A stretch of DNA of 34,294 nt from a virus (lineage: Duplodnaviria; Caudoviricetes): IMG/VR virus record IMGVR_UViG_3300011336_000110, positions 1 through 34,294 of that record; one strand, given 5' to 3'. The translations under genes were made by a program, and so were the position numbers. The notes under the pieces were generated by a model, which saw nothing but the letters and a program-made list of their open reading frames with translations, did no database searches and was not told the origin of the DNA. This document shows positions 16,089 through 25,638 of this stretch, piece by piece. Within the stretch, counting starts at the first letter, position 1. Each line of letters opens with the position of its first letter.

Positions 16089-17174
16089 TTACCTTGATTG
16101 GTTTCCAAACGATACAGTCGCAGCAATGCCAGGCAACGTGCCAGGATCGGCATATTTTGCACCAAACCCGCTACTACTCCACGAAAATACTGACGTGTAA
16201 GGGCTTGCGGTCTTTTGCCCAGTGGCAATCGCATTAGTTGTGCTTGACCAATCCAAAGAATAGCCATAAGTCGGCAATGCGGCAGGATTGGAATATTTCG
16301 TGCCAAACCCTGCGCCCCATTGATACGCATTCACCGCTGGAGACCCGTTGTTTACGGTCGCCACTGACGCCCCGTCTGGACTAAATTTTACTGAGTAAAC
16401 CGGGCTGGCCAATGCGGTCGTTGGATTTGCGTACTTTGTACCAAACCCAGCAGACGTTACAGGATAAGCAAACACAAATGGGAGAGCGTTGCTGCCGCAC
16501 ACAAAGTCATTTGTAACCTTGTTGAATGAAATCCCAGCTTCTGGTGGCGGCAACCCGTTTGGCAGCGTCGTAGGATTTGCATATCGCGTGCCGTACCCGG
16601 TAGAGCTTGACCAAGGGTAAAGCGCAATCCATGGGCTGGCATAAATCTGCATCCCGACAAGCGTGCTGTCAGCATTAAGCGTAATGCCTCGAGCTCCGTT
16701 AGTGCCGGTCAGGATTGACCCGTTGGAATATTTGCTACCAAACCCGCCCGATCCGCTCCACGCCCACGCTTGGGGATAAGATGCTGCGGTATTATTGACA
16801 GCCAACAAAGCGTCAACGTTTTTCGTCCAAGTGTACCCGGCAGGACCAGACGAAGCAGGGTTTAGCGGGCTTCCAGGGTCAGAATATCGCGTGCCAAACC
16901 CAAGCGTCGACCATTGCCAGACATAAAAATATGGAGCAACCCAGAACGATGCCGAGAAGTTGGAATTATCAGGAACGAACGAAACCTGGTGTATTTCTGC
17001 CGGGATCGTTGGGGTCGTGTACGCAGAGCCAAACCCTGACGTTGAATCCCATCCGTAAACAGTAATTCGCTTCGCAGCGGTCGATCCGCCGTAGGCAATA
17101 TAGGCCGAAGGAGTAACCGGAGGAGTGCCGCCAGACGCTCCACCGGCAATGATTAGCCCGAGAAAGCCACTCAT
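16089..17174 (-). CDS. Seven-repeat putative beta-propeller protein, possible receptor-binding protein
   Basis: Seven G(F/Y)G-x-x-Y repeats about 45 aa apart; start MSGFLG at 17174. Confidence 0.7.
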   Translation of the reverse strand: MSGFLGLIIAGGASGGTPPVTPSAYIAYGGSTAAKRITVYGWDSTSGFGSAYTTPTIPAEIHQVSFVPDNSNFSASFWVAPYFYVWQWSTLGFGTRYSDPGSPLNPASSGPAGYTWTKNVDALLAVNNTAASYPQAWAWSGSGGFGSKYSNGSILTGTNGARGITLNADSTLVGMQIYASPWIALYPWSSSTGYGTRYANPTTLPNGLPPPEAGISFNKVTNDFVCGSNALPFVFAYPVTSAGFGTKYANPTTALASPVYSVKFSPDGASVATVNNGSPAVNAYQWGAGFGTKYSNPAALPTYGYSLDWSSTTNAIATGQKTASPYTSVFSWSSSGFGAKYADPGTLPGIAATVSFGNQSR

Positions 17175-18301
17175 GTTACGCCGGTCCCGCTGCAATACCA
17201 AGTATTTACAGCAACCTTAATCAGCGTTGCAATCCCATTGCTGGCCAAAGAGCGAGTGCCGGCAGAAGTAGAGTTTGCAAGCTGTAAAGTCACGCCAGAC
17301 GCAGGAGTGATCGTGATTGCCGTGGAATTGCTGACGATGGTAATCACCGTGCCAATGTCAAAAGCGACTGATGAATTGAGCGGGACCGTGATGCCGCTGG
17401 TCAGGTAATAATGCTTGGCACTATCGGACAAAACCAGCGTGCCGCTTGTGTTTGCCGATTGCGGCATCGTGCGAAAACCAACTGCATAACCCGTTCCTGC
17501 GCTATCTAGTGACGTCGATGCGCTTGCCAAGCCAGTTATTGTCTTGTTGGTTAGCGTCTGGATCCCGGCCAGCGTGACAACCGAGGAGTCGATTGCAATT
17601 GTGCCGCTGCTAGTGATCGTTCCACCAGACAATCCCGTCCCTGCGGTGATGCTGGTCACAGTTCCAGCAGCAGAGTAGTTAGGGATATTCAGGACATTAG
17701 AAACCAGCGTTGCCGCACCCGTCGTTCCGGTTGTGGTCAGTGTCACTGGAGCTTGATAATCAGAACCGGCAGTTGCAGCGCTGACTGCCGAGCCATTGCC
17801 CTTTAGCAGACCACTGACGCTGGTTGTGATCGTAATTGCAGGAGTCGTGGTAGCCGTGGCAACCGTGCCGCCAAACCCGTTTGCGCTTACCACCGATGCG
17901 CTGGTGACCGTACCCGATCCTGCGCCTGCGGCGTAGTTAGGGATATTCAGCGTCCCGCCAACAAAGGTCGATGCGCCGCTGGTTCCGGTCGTCGTCAGGG
18001 TAATCGGAGCCTGGTAATCCGTGCCGGCAGCAGCATTAGCCAATGCACCACCAGATCCAGCCTTGAGCAGCGCCGTGCCGCTCGGAGGAGTCAGATAGTC
18101 AGTGTTGGCAGTGGCAGCGCTAACAGCAGTGCCATTGCCTTTGAGCAACCCGGTAACAGACGTCCCCAGCGTAATCGATGGGGTTGTCGTTGCGTTTGCT
18201 ACTGTGCCGTTTAGACCGTTGGCCGTGGCAACGCTAACGGTCGTGACCGTGCCGCTGCCGCCACCGCCACCACCCGCCCCAGACGTTGCCCTGAGTGCCA
18301 T
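17171..18301 (-). CDS. Tail-fibre-like Gly/Thr/Ser-rich protein with internal duplication
   Basis: Duplicated GTVT...ANG...TTTP...GLLKGNG...DY modules. Confidence 0.75.
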   Translation of the reverse strand: MALRATSGAGGGGGGSGTVTTVSVATANGLNGTVANATTTPSITLGTSVTGLLKGNGTAVSAATANTDYLTPPSGTALLKAGSGGALANAAAGTDYQAPITLTTTGTSGASTFVGGTLNIPNYAAGAGSGTVTSASVVSANGFGGTVATATTTPAITITTSVSGLLKGNGSAVSAATAGSDYQAPVTLTTTGTTGAATLVSNVLNIPNYSAAGTVTSITAGTGLSGGTITSSGTIAIDSSVVTLAGIQTLTNKTITGLASASTSLDSAGTGYAVGFRTMPQSANTSGTLVLSDSAKHYYLTSGITVPLNSSVAFDIGTVITIVSNSTAITITPASGVTLQLANSTSAGTRSLASNGIATLIKVAVNTWYCSGTGVT

Positions 18302-18631
18302 TTACAGTCCCTCGCCTGGGGTAATTTCAAATGCGCCTGCTGCGTCAGCTTGAAACCAGGCGTTGGCAGGAATGCCGCCAAAGACTTCGACCGAAGCAGG
18401 CAGAAACCCAAGCGTTGCAGACTTTGGATTGCCAGCCGTCGGAGCTGCAACCGTGATCGTTGGCGTCGCGTTGCTAGGAGCAGGAGCAACCCAACTCAGA
18501 TACTGAGCCGATGCGCTGGTGTTGCGAACCCGATAGCTAGTCGGATTATCGTTGTTTCGAGCTGAGACCTGCACCGGGGAAGTCCCAACAAGGTAAGTTG
18601 GGCCGAACGGCGTAAAAGGTGAATTATACAT
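18302..18631 (-). CDS. Hypothetical structural protein
   Basis: Start MYNSPFTP at 18631 with AAGGA RBS. Confidence 0.7.
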   Translation of the reverse strand: MYNSPFTPFGPTYLVGTSPVQVSARNNDNPTSYRVRNTSASAQYLSWVAPAPSNATPTITVAAPTAGNPKSATLGFLPASVEVFGGIPANAWFQADAAGAFEITPGEGL

Positions 18632-18767
18632 TTCCTTGTCCTTCCTTTTGCTCTTGGGCTTCCTGCTCAATCGCCTTGATCAAACCCATGACCTCAACAT
18701 ACGGTCGCTGGCCGAGATACTGCAAAATTGCGTTGAGCAGATTGATTGACAGATGCGCTTTGTCCAT
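18624..18767 (-). CDS. Small hypothetical protein, 47 aa (not in the ORF track)
   Basis: MDKAHLSINLLNAILQYLGQRPYVEVMGLIKAIEQEA...; TAATG coupling to the upstream gene. Confidence 0.7.
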   Translation of the reverse strand: MDKAHLSINLLNAILQYLGQRPYVEVMGLIKAIEQEAQEQKEGQGNV

Positions 18768-19651
18768 TACTTAGCTTCTAGTGCCTCAAGTCGAGCGGTC
18801 AATTCTTGAATTGCTGCCGTCAAGGTTGCAACAAGAACCGACGTATCTACACCTTGAGGCTTAATTTTGCCTTCTTCGTCCAGAGCATCTTTTACACCAG
18901 AAACTGCAAGCGGGACAACTTCTTGCAATTCATGCGCAATAAAACCTTCTGATGCTTCGCCGTTTGATTTCCAAGTGTACGTACAAGGTTTTAGCAACGC
19001 CACTTTAGCCAACGCGCCCGTCATAGGCTGAACATTTTCCTTTAGTCGATAATCAGATGTTGTATTGTATGCAACGCTTGTGCTGTTGATAACAATCGAA
19101 CCAATTGTTGATCCTTGGTATCTTAGATTGTAAACAGTGCCGTTTACGCTGTGATTCCAATAATTGTTGGCCCCAGATGATGATGCGTACCATCCATTAG
19201 AACCCATGCTCATGGAGAATGCAGTAGGGTTTGAGTTTATATTCGGCAAAGCTGTGCCGTTCAAAACAGCATCTGATGTTGTTGCGGTAAACTTTGCAGT
19301 TGAATTGCTTGTAATTGTCACTTGATTTGCGGCTGACAAATACACCCCATTTGCTGGAGCTGTTGAGCTTGACGGAATAAAAGCCCCGGCGGTCAACGAA
19401 GTGCCGTCAAACGTCAGGTTTGCCGACCCTGCAAATGCACCAGCGTTGTTGTACTGAACCTGCGTCGGAGACCCACCAGGGCTAGCCGCAGGAGAAGCCC
19501 AGCTCATCACCCCAGCAGTGGTCGCCGTGAGAGCTTGGCCAGACGCTGTAGGTTGAGCCGTTGGCAGCGTATACGACTGAGTACCGGCAACCGTTGGAGC
19601 GGCTAGCGTGACCGTCCCGGAGGTGTCACCTGAGATTACGATAGATGCCAT
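18767..19651 (-). CDS. Tail fibre with C-terminal intramolecular chaperone (Peptidase S74-like)
   Basis: TTSDYRLKENV cleavage motif, GFIAHEL, terminal coiled coil. Confidence 0.85.
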   Translation of the reverse strand: MASIVISGDTSGTVTLAAPTVAGTQSYTLPTAQPTASGQALTATTAGVMSWASPAASPGGSPTQVQYNNAGAFAGSANLTFDGTSLTAGAFIPSSSTAPANGVYLSAANQVTITSNSTAKFTATTSDAVLNGTALPNINSNPTAFSMSMGSNGWYASSSGANNYWNHSVNGTVYNLRYQGSTIGSIVINSTSVAYNTTSDYRLKENVQPMTGALAKVALLKPCTYTWKSNGEASEGFIAHELQEVVPLAVSGVKDALDEEGKIKPQGVDTSVLVATLTAAIQELTARLEALEAK

Positions 19652-19670
19652 TTATTTAGCCTCTGCCCAA

Positions 19671-20162
19671 TTAAGACGTGTAATAGGTTGCTGAAAACGC
19701 AATCTTTGCGGTTGCCGAAAATGCTCCAGTAGAATAAACAGTAGTGTTTACAATTTGGAATACAGAATTCGCCGTTGACGCAGCATTGCTCGCTGTTCCT
19801 GATTGCAGTTCATTTGTTGCAGTAAATGGCAATCCAGTACAAACAACAAGATTGCCAGAAGCCAAAGCAACCGAAGTTGAACCCGCTACATAACCATAAA
19901 CGTAAACCAAACGGCCAACCTTGATGTAGGTTCCTGCGCTGCTAAACGTCCCAACAACTGTCAATCCAGCGCCTTGAACTGGCGTCCAAGTATTCTCACG
20001 ATAGTCATCCAGCGTATTTGCATCAGTCGAAGCCGATGCGGTCGCAGGAAACGTAATGCCAGCCCCGCTAGACGCAGGAGTAGCGCCGCCAACCCCAACA
20101 ACGTTTGTAACCGTGACTGGAGGAGTTGTGATCCCAGCGGTTCCGTCTAGCGTGATTGCCAT
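19671..20162 (-). CDS. Tail-fibre-like protein
   Basis: DANTLDDYRENTWTP...YIKVGRLV; paralog of 20429-21016. Confidence 0.7.
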   Translation of the reverse strand: MAITLDGTAGITTPPVTVTNVVGVGGATPASSGAGITFPATASASTDANTLDDYRENTWTPVQGAGLTVVGTFSSAGTYIKVGRLVYVYGYVAGSTSVALASGNLVVCTGLPFTATNELQSGTASNAASTANSVFQIVNTTVYSTGAFSATAKIAFSATYYTS

Positions 20163-20390
20163 TTAGATCCCCTTGAACGCGGCTACAACATCAGCAGTCC
20201 ACGCAGCATTGCAAATAGCGACAACATTATCCGGCACTCCGGCCAGATCCTGACCCGGAGTCAGACTTGAGCGGTGATACGTCTTGCTCAACTCAACCCC
20301 ATCCTCAAGGATGCTGGTTGCTTCGCGGTACAGAACGATGCCGTTCTCTGTCACAGTAACCTGATCCACCTTAACTTGTTTGGTCAACAT
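20163..20390 (-). CDS. Small hypothetical protein, possible fibre chaperone
   Basis: 75 aa between two paralogous fibre genes; AAGGA RBS. Confidence 0.7.
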   Translation of the reverse strand: MLTKQVKVDQVTVTENGIVLYREATSILEDGVELSKTYHRSSLTPGQDLAGVPDNVVAICNAAWTADVVAAFKGI

Positions 20391-20428
20391 TTTGGTTCCT
20401 TGTGTCTGACTACACTAATCCGGTGTAG

Positions 20429-21016
20429 TTAAGTAGTGGTATAACAACCAGTGATATCTAGGCGTGCTCCATTTTGAAAAATGGCATATTGAGCGTTAGC
20501 TGCTCCTGCGGCCGTTGCAGAATAAATAGTAATTGATGACGTTGTTGGTGCAACATAAGGTTGAATTGAAACTACAGTTGAAGCAAGGGTTGAATAAATT
20601 CCAACAGAAAGCCCTGTAGTTTGACCACCGCCACTTTGGGCAAAAGGTAATCCAGTAATTACCGTTGCTGAACCAGTACCAATTGCGGTCACCTGAAGGT
20701 TCATTGAAATAAATACTAATTGACCAATTTTTACATAGTATCCATTTCTACTTGCGTAAGTTGCCGTTCCACCCAAACTAGGAGTCCACGTACCCTCTTC
20801 ATAGTCATCTAGCGTATTTGCATCCGTAGACGTTACCTGAGTCGCAGGGAAAGCAATACCGCAACCAGTCGTAGACGTTGCGCCCTGAAGCGCTAGAGCC
20901 TTGCCAAGTTCAGCATTCAGGACCGTGGTGTTCTGCGCTTGCAGTTGCAGCACCCCGCTGGTGTCGGCAGTCGATACCAGTCCAGCAGAGGTTGATGCGT
21001 TGATCGTAGTTGCCAT
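20429..21016 (-). CDS. Tail-fibre-like protein
   Basis: DANTLDDYEEGTWTP...YVKIGQLV. Confidence 0.7.
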   Translation of the reverse strand: MATTINASTSAGLVSTADTSGVLQLQAQNTTVLNAELGKALALQGATSTTGCGIAFPATQVTSTDANTLDDYEEGTWTPSLGGTATYASRNGYYVKIGQLVFISMNLQVTAIGTGSATVITGLPFAQSGGGQTTGLSVGIYSTLASTVVSIQPYVAPTTSSITIYSATAAGAANAQYAIFQNGARLDITGCYTTT

Positions 21017-21026
21017 TATCTAATCC

Positions 21027-22850
21027 TTATGACACAACGTAGCGTGAGCCGCTGGCAACAGTCAGTACCGCGCCAGATGCAAGCGTAATCGGCCCGATGC
21101 TTTGTGCGCCCTGTCCGGTGGTGATTGTGTAGCTGCTGCTGATGGTCAGGTTGTTCAGATAGATACAACCGTTTGCGACCGTTGCGCTACCACCGCTCAC
21201 CGTCGCCCATGAGAGCGTTCCAGTACCGTTTGTAGACAGAACCTGGCCAGACGTACCATCAGCGGCCGGCAGCGTCCAGGTGACGTTAGCAGCAGTGCCA
21301 GCAGCCCCTTTCAGCGCAACGTAGAAGGTATTTCCAGTGTTGCCAAATCGCAGCGGAGTCGTCGCACCAAGTTGCAAATAGGTGTTATCGCTGGTGATGT
21401 TAGATACGGTCGATGGAGCAAGCCCAGCACCACCGCCAACAACCAACGCATTTGTCCCAAGCGCAGCACTAGATGCCCAAGTATTGCCGTTTGAGAAGTA
21501 CGGGATACCGCCAGACGTACCGGCAATCGTAAACGCAGGCGTGCTTGTCGGATTAGCAATAGAGACAATGCCGCCGGTCCAACCAACCGACGTAACCGTC
21601 CCAGAACCGCCGCCGCCCGAAGGAGTCGCCCAAGTGCCATCACCGCGCCAAAATGTGCTAGCCGATGCGCCCGTTCCGCTGCCAAGGTTTGTTACCGGCA
21701 AATTGCCGGTTACTTGAGTCGCCAGGCTAACTCCAGAGAGCGTGCCACCTAGCGTCAAGTTGCCCGAGCTAGTGACGTTGCCAGTCAGCGTAATTCCGTT
21801 GACCGTCCCTGTGCCGCTTACCGACGTCACAGTCCCAGCGCTAGCGGCAGGGGTTGCCCATGTACCGTCACCGCGCCAGAAGGTCGTTGTCGACGCTCCT
21901 GTGCCACTTCCAAGATTAGTAACCGGTAAATTGCCGGTAACGCCTGTTGAGAGCGGCAAACCCGTAGCATTGGTCAGCGTAACGCTAGCAGGCGTGCCAA
22001 GCGTCGGCGTGGTCATCGTTGGGCTGGTCAGCGTCAGACCGGCAATCGTTGCCGCAGTAGCGCCCAATGCAACGTTGGTCGACCCAATCGTGACCGATGA
22101 GTTGGTCAGCCCAGCATTCGGAATCGTCGTCGATGCCGTGACAGCGCTTGCGCCGTTGGCATACATATAACCCGTCAAGCCAGTGACGGTCAGCGTGCTA
22201 AATGCGCTTGAGCCAGACGCCGCAACTTTCTGCCAGGTGCTGCCTTGGTAGATCGCCCAATCGCCAACAGCCCACGTCGTGATGCCGTTTAGGTTAGTGG
22301 AGCCAGCAACCGAGACAACGTAATAAAACCCCGTCGTTCCAACGCTCGATGTAAGCGCCGGGCTATTGGTCGAGGCATTCCAAGTCCCTTGATAACTGTT
22401 ACTGGTCGTTGCAATGCCGGTAGCCGAAGTAATCCGACCTTGAGCGTCAACCGTGATCTGGGGAATGGAAATAGAATTTCCGTACGTCCCAGCGGTGACA
22501 GCAGTGTTGGCCAGAGAGATCGTGCCGGTCGACGTGATCGGACCGCCAGTCAGACCCGTTCCAGTCGCAACGTTAGAAACGCCACCAGCGGTTGATGCAA
22601 TGGTTACGCTATTGCCTGGGCCGCCATCCGTGATGGTGATATTTGTCCCAGCAGTCAGAACCCGGTCGTTTGGCAGGCTCGACGATGAGCTCAGAACAAC
22701 GTAACTGTCAGTTGACGGTGCGCCACCCGAGCTAATTGGTTGAGCACCAGCACCAACCAATGTAATAAAGTTTCCATCAGCATCGTAAGTAGCGCCAACT
22801 GGGACCACGTTTTGAGACGTGACGGTGTTTACTTGATTGGTTGCTGCCAT
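21027..22850 (-). CDS. Long tail-fibre-like protein with internal repeats
   Basis: Two copies of [29 protein letters not shown]; [10 protein letters not shown] motif. Confidence 0.75.
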   Translation of the reverse strand: MAATNQVNTVTSQNVVPVGATYDADGNFITLVGAGAQPISSGGAPSTDSYVVLSSSSSLPNDRVLTAGTNITITDGGPGNSVTIASTAGGVSNVATGTGLTGGPITSTGTISLANTAVTAGTYGNSISIPQITVDAQGRITSATGIATTSNSYQGTWNASTNSPALTSSVGTTGFYYVVSVAGSTNLNGITTWAVGDWAIYQGSTWQKVAASGSSAFSTLTVTGLTGYMYANGASAVTASTTIPNAGLTNSSVTIGSTNVALGATAATIAGLTLTSPTMTTPTLGTPASVTLTNATGLPLSTGVTGNLPVTNLGSGTGASTTTFWRGDGTWATPAASAGTVTSVSGTGTVNGITLTGNVTSSGNLTLGGTLSGVSLATQVTGNLPVTNLGSGTGASASTFWRGDGTWATPSGGGGSGTVTSVGWTGGIVSIANPTSTPAFTIAGTSGGIPYFSNGNTWASSAALGTNALVVGGGAGLAPSTVSNITSDNTYLQLGATTPLRFGNTGNTFYVALKGAAGTAANVTWTLPAADGTSGQVLSTNGTGTLSWATVSGGSATVANGCIYLNNLTISSSYTITTGQGAQSIGPITLASGAVLTVASGSRYVVS

Positions 22851-22870
22851 TTTTTATTCCAAAATTAAAG

Positions 22871-22900
22871 AAAAAAGCCGACCCTTTAGAGATCGGCTTT
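22871..22900 (-). terminator. Rho-independent terminator after the capsid genes
   Basis: Minus strand AAAGCCGA...TCGGCTTTTTT. Confidence 0.75.
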
Positions 22901-22918
22901 CCTTCTCACCTGCCCAAA

Positions 22919-23350
22919 TTAGGGCTGGAATGACAGATCGTAGCCGTAGACAAAAACGTCAACGGTCGCAGGATAACTTGCTGCCGTGCCAACGTTAAAG
23001 TACAGGTTCTGGCCCGTCTGAGCAGCGGTAGACGCCACTGTTCGCTGCGACACAACCGAAGAGCTGGTCAAAGCGTTGAGCGTTGCATTCGCCACGATTG
23101 CGGTGCCGCTTGCGCCAGGCGCTGGAAACACGCCCGCAAAAGGGACCGTTGCTGCCGACAGATCGGTAGAAGCATTGGTCACGATTACGTTCGATACGCT
23201 ATAGCGGCTGGTGTTAAGCACCGGCAGAACGGTGTCACCCGTAACTGCCAGGCTGACGGATTGGAAGCTGCCAAGCAAACGGAGAGCCTGGTTTGTGCCA
23301 AGCACCTGCGGATGATTGGCAACGCTAGTTGCGGGTCCCGGATTCGCCAT
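22919..23350 (-). CDS. Hypothetical virion protein, possible head decoration
   Basis: Directly after the coat gene and before the terminator; AAGGA RBS. Confidence 0.65.
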   Translation of the reverse strand: MANPGPATSVANHPQVLGTNQALRLLGSFQSVSLAVTGDTVLPVLNTSRYSVSNVIVTNASTDLSAATVPFAGVFPAPGASGTAIVANATLNALTSSSVVSQRTVASTAAQTGQNLYFNVGTAASYPATVDVFVYGYDLSFQP

Positions 23351-23376
23351 GATTTATTTCCTTAAATCTTTGTTGA

Positions 23377-24624
23377 TTAAGCTGCGACTCGGCAACCCAG
23401 CTCAGGATAGAGCATTGCCCAACCGTAAAGCACGTCAAGTCGGCATGGGACAGAATCGTTATTAATTGTATATTGACGGACAACTCGAATTGAGAGACCC
23501 AGCTCTTTATCCGATGCACGTCCAGCAAATACAACGCCCTGCGGCAGCTCAAGGTCAGCGCAAGCCAGCGTCTCAGCATTCCGATGCAGAATGATGTTTT
23601 GCGGGCTAACAACGCCGGTGTTGTTAAACGGGGTCACAACAGCCGAGCTGCTGGTAGCCGAAACAAACACGTTCTGGAATTGACCAGCGGTGATGATCGC
23701 GGGACTAACCGTAACCTGAGCCGAGCCGCCCGAGCTGATGGTCACAGCCGAAGTCACAACAAAGTTGCGCAGACGGTTGGTTCCATACGGCTGACGGTTC
23801 TGCGGGTTGACCGCATAAACGTTAGCAATGGTGATCACGTCGCCCTGCTGGATCGGAGCTGCCGCCGATGCTGCCGAGATGGTGATCGTCGATGACGATG
23901 CCCAGCCCGAGGTTAGCGAACCGGAGAAGGTGGCCGTGTTGGTCGACAGCGTAGCGCCAGCGTAGGAGCCGAAGGTCTGCGACACAACGTTCTGGTCCAT
24001 CTTCCAGCGCATTCCGGCCGAATCGGTGCCCATCATGCCTTTCTCGTACTGATCGCTGATCTTCTGGCTAGGCATAAACAGCCCTTTCAGCGAATCAACG
24101 ATGGTAGCCGAGGTAAACGGCTCAACGATACAGGCCCGACGTCCGTCACGTGGTGCGCCTTCCGAATCCAGATAAGCCTGGCCCGTCAGGTAGGTGAGCA
24201 GCGAGGTGGGAGGAACGCCAGCAGTACCAACGATGTTTGCAATGTTGTTCTTGGCAAGCACCAAACCGTCACGGTCGATCTTGTTAGCGATAGCAGCAAC
24301 GCCAGGCTTGATCACGCGATCACTGAACATATCCAGCGAAAGAGCCAGATCAGCGGTTGAGAATTGCGTATCAACGTGGAATTGAGTATTCAGCGTGACA
24401 GGAATCGAGGTTTCGTTGAAATCCTCAACGCTCAGCGCTGGTCCCGTGGTTCCAATAAATCGTGCTGGTTTACGGACATTCACGGTACTTCCGATTTTCG
24501 CACCGGAAACACTAAACTGATCATCATACTCACGGTTTACCTCGGAGGTGAACGTAAGTTCGTTCTCCAAAACCATAAGAGCTTCATTGGTGATCTTACT
24601 AATCGTGAGTAAGGTATTCGACAT
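23377..24624 (-). CDS. Major capsid protein, P22 coat-like
   Basis: MSNTLLTISKITNEALMVLEN, KIGSTVNVRKP, CRLDVLYGW; follows the scaffold gene. Confidence 0.9.
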   Translation of the reverse strand: MSNTLLTISKITNEALMVLENELTFTSEVNREYDDQFSVSGAKIGSTVNVRKPARFIGTTGPALSVEDFNETSIPVTLNTQFHVDTQFSTADLALSLDMFSDRVIKPGVAAIANKIDRDGLVLAKNNIANIVGTAGVPPTSLLTYLTGQAYLDSEGAPRDGRRACIVEPFTSATIVDSLKGLFMPSQKISDQYEKGMMGTDSAGMRWKMDQNVVSQTFGSYAGATLSTNTATFSGSLTSGWASSSTITISAASAAAPIQQGDVITIANVYAVNPQNRQPYGTNRLRNFVVTSAVTISSGGSAQVTVSPAIITAGQFQNVFVSATSSSAVVTPFNNTGVVSPQNIILHRNAETLACADLELPQGVVFAGRASDKELGLSIRVVRQYTINNDSVPCRLDVLYGWAMLYPELGCRVAA

Positions 24625-24659
24625 TTTCTTTCCCTTGCATCAATGATGCGAAATTAGGT

Positions 24660-25559
24660 TTACCGTATTTTCCCGGCCTGTCTTGCTGCTTTCCATGCTG
24701 CGTAAGTACCGTGGAATTCACCTTTGGAATTCAGCAGGTTATCAGCGGATGCGTTGCTAGACTTGATCGGGTTAATCGGTGCTGGTGCTTTGCTTTTTAC
24801 CACAGAACGCTCAGGTTTGCCGGTTTCCGCTTTTTCAAACTTGGCTTCAAGTTTGCCGATAGCCCTCAAAGCCTGCGTGACAGTCATTTCGTTGAAAGTC
24901 TTGGCTTGATCTTGATTGGATGCCAGGTGATACAGGATTTGAGGTCCCACGTCTGATTCCAATATTGCGTCCCGGATATGGTTTGGGACAACAACATCGG
25001 CAGAAGCCACCATGTCATCAAAATCGTCGATCTCAGCCTTTGCCGCTTCGAGCCGCTTGGTCCAGGCTTGTACAACCTTTGACTGCTGCTCTTGCGCTTT
25101 CCTTTCTTGGTCCTGCTTGTCGCGCTCTTTTAGAGCCTTTTCAGCGCTATATTCAGCCAACGCTTCTGCATATTCAAAAGCATCAGTGAATTGATCGGGA
25201 GTCGGCTTTTGATCTTCGGTCTGCACCCGTTTAGGGGTTTGACCTTGCTCTAATGCCGCCAACCGTGCTTCCAGTGCTTCCCTGGCTTCGCGCTCACGCT
25301 GGGCGTCTGCCCTAGCTTGTTCGCGTTGCTTGGTTAGCTCTGAAAACCGCGCTCGGAGCTTATTCGGTTTCCCTTCGTTTTCTGTCGGTTGCGCTTCCTC
25401 TTCTGCTTCTGGCTCATTCTCAACCTCTGATTCAACCGGCTCCGCTTCTTCAGCGGCCTCAGTTTCACCTTGGGGAGCTAAGTTCAGTTTTTGTGCAAAA
25501 AATTCGGCTTGATTCTCGGATGTTACGACTTGCGTCGATTCTCTAGGCTCTGCTGACAT
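24660..25559 (-). CDS. Scaffolding protein
   Basis: Acidic coiled coil, GPQILYHLA, basic C-terminus; between portal and coat genes. Confidence 0.8.
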   Translation of the reverse strand: MSAEPRESTQVVTSENQAEFFAQKLNLAPQGETEAAEEAEPVESEVENEPEAEEEAQPTENEGKPNKLRARFSELTKQREQARADAQREREAREALEARLAALEQGQTPKRVQTEDQKPTPDQFTDAFEYAEALAEYSAEKALKERDKQDQERKAQEQQSKVVQAWTKRLEAAKAEIDDFDDMVASADVVVPNHIRDAILESDVGPQILYHLASNQDQAKTFNEMTVTQALRAIGKLEAKFEKAETGKPERSVVKSKAPAPINPIKSSNASADNLLNSKGEFHGTYAAWKAARQAGKIR

Positions 25560-25606
25560 GGATTACCACGGATTTACCCGGTGAAACGCGCCGGTACGAC
25601 TCCGCT

Positions 25607-25635
25607 TGTATAACCCAAAAGCTAATCCATGTCAA
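25607..25635 (-). promoter_or_regulatory. Candidate internal sigma70 promoter upstream of scaffold and coat genes
   Basis: TTGACA, 17 bp spacer, TATACA on the minus strand. Confidence 0.45.
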
Positions 25636-25638
25636 AGG

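Noticed and set aside
19671-21016. Diversity-generating retroelement TR/VR pair in paralogous fibre genes
   Set aside because: No reverse transcriptase; both copies are coding and differences are not adenine-specific.
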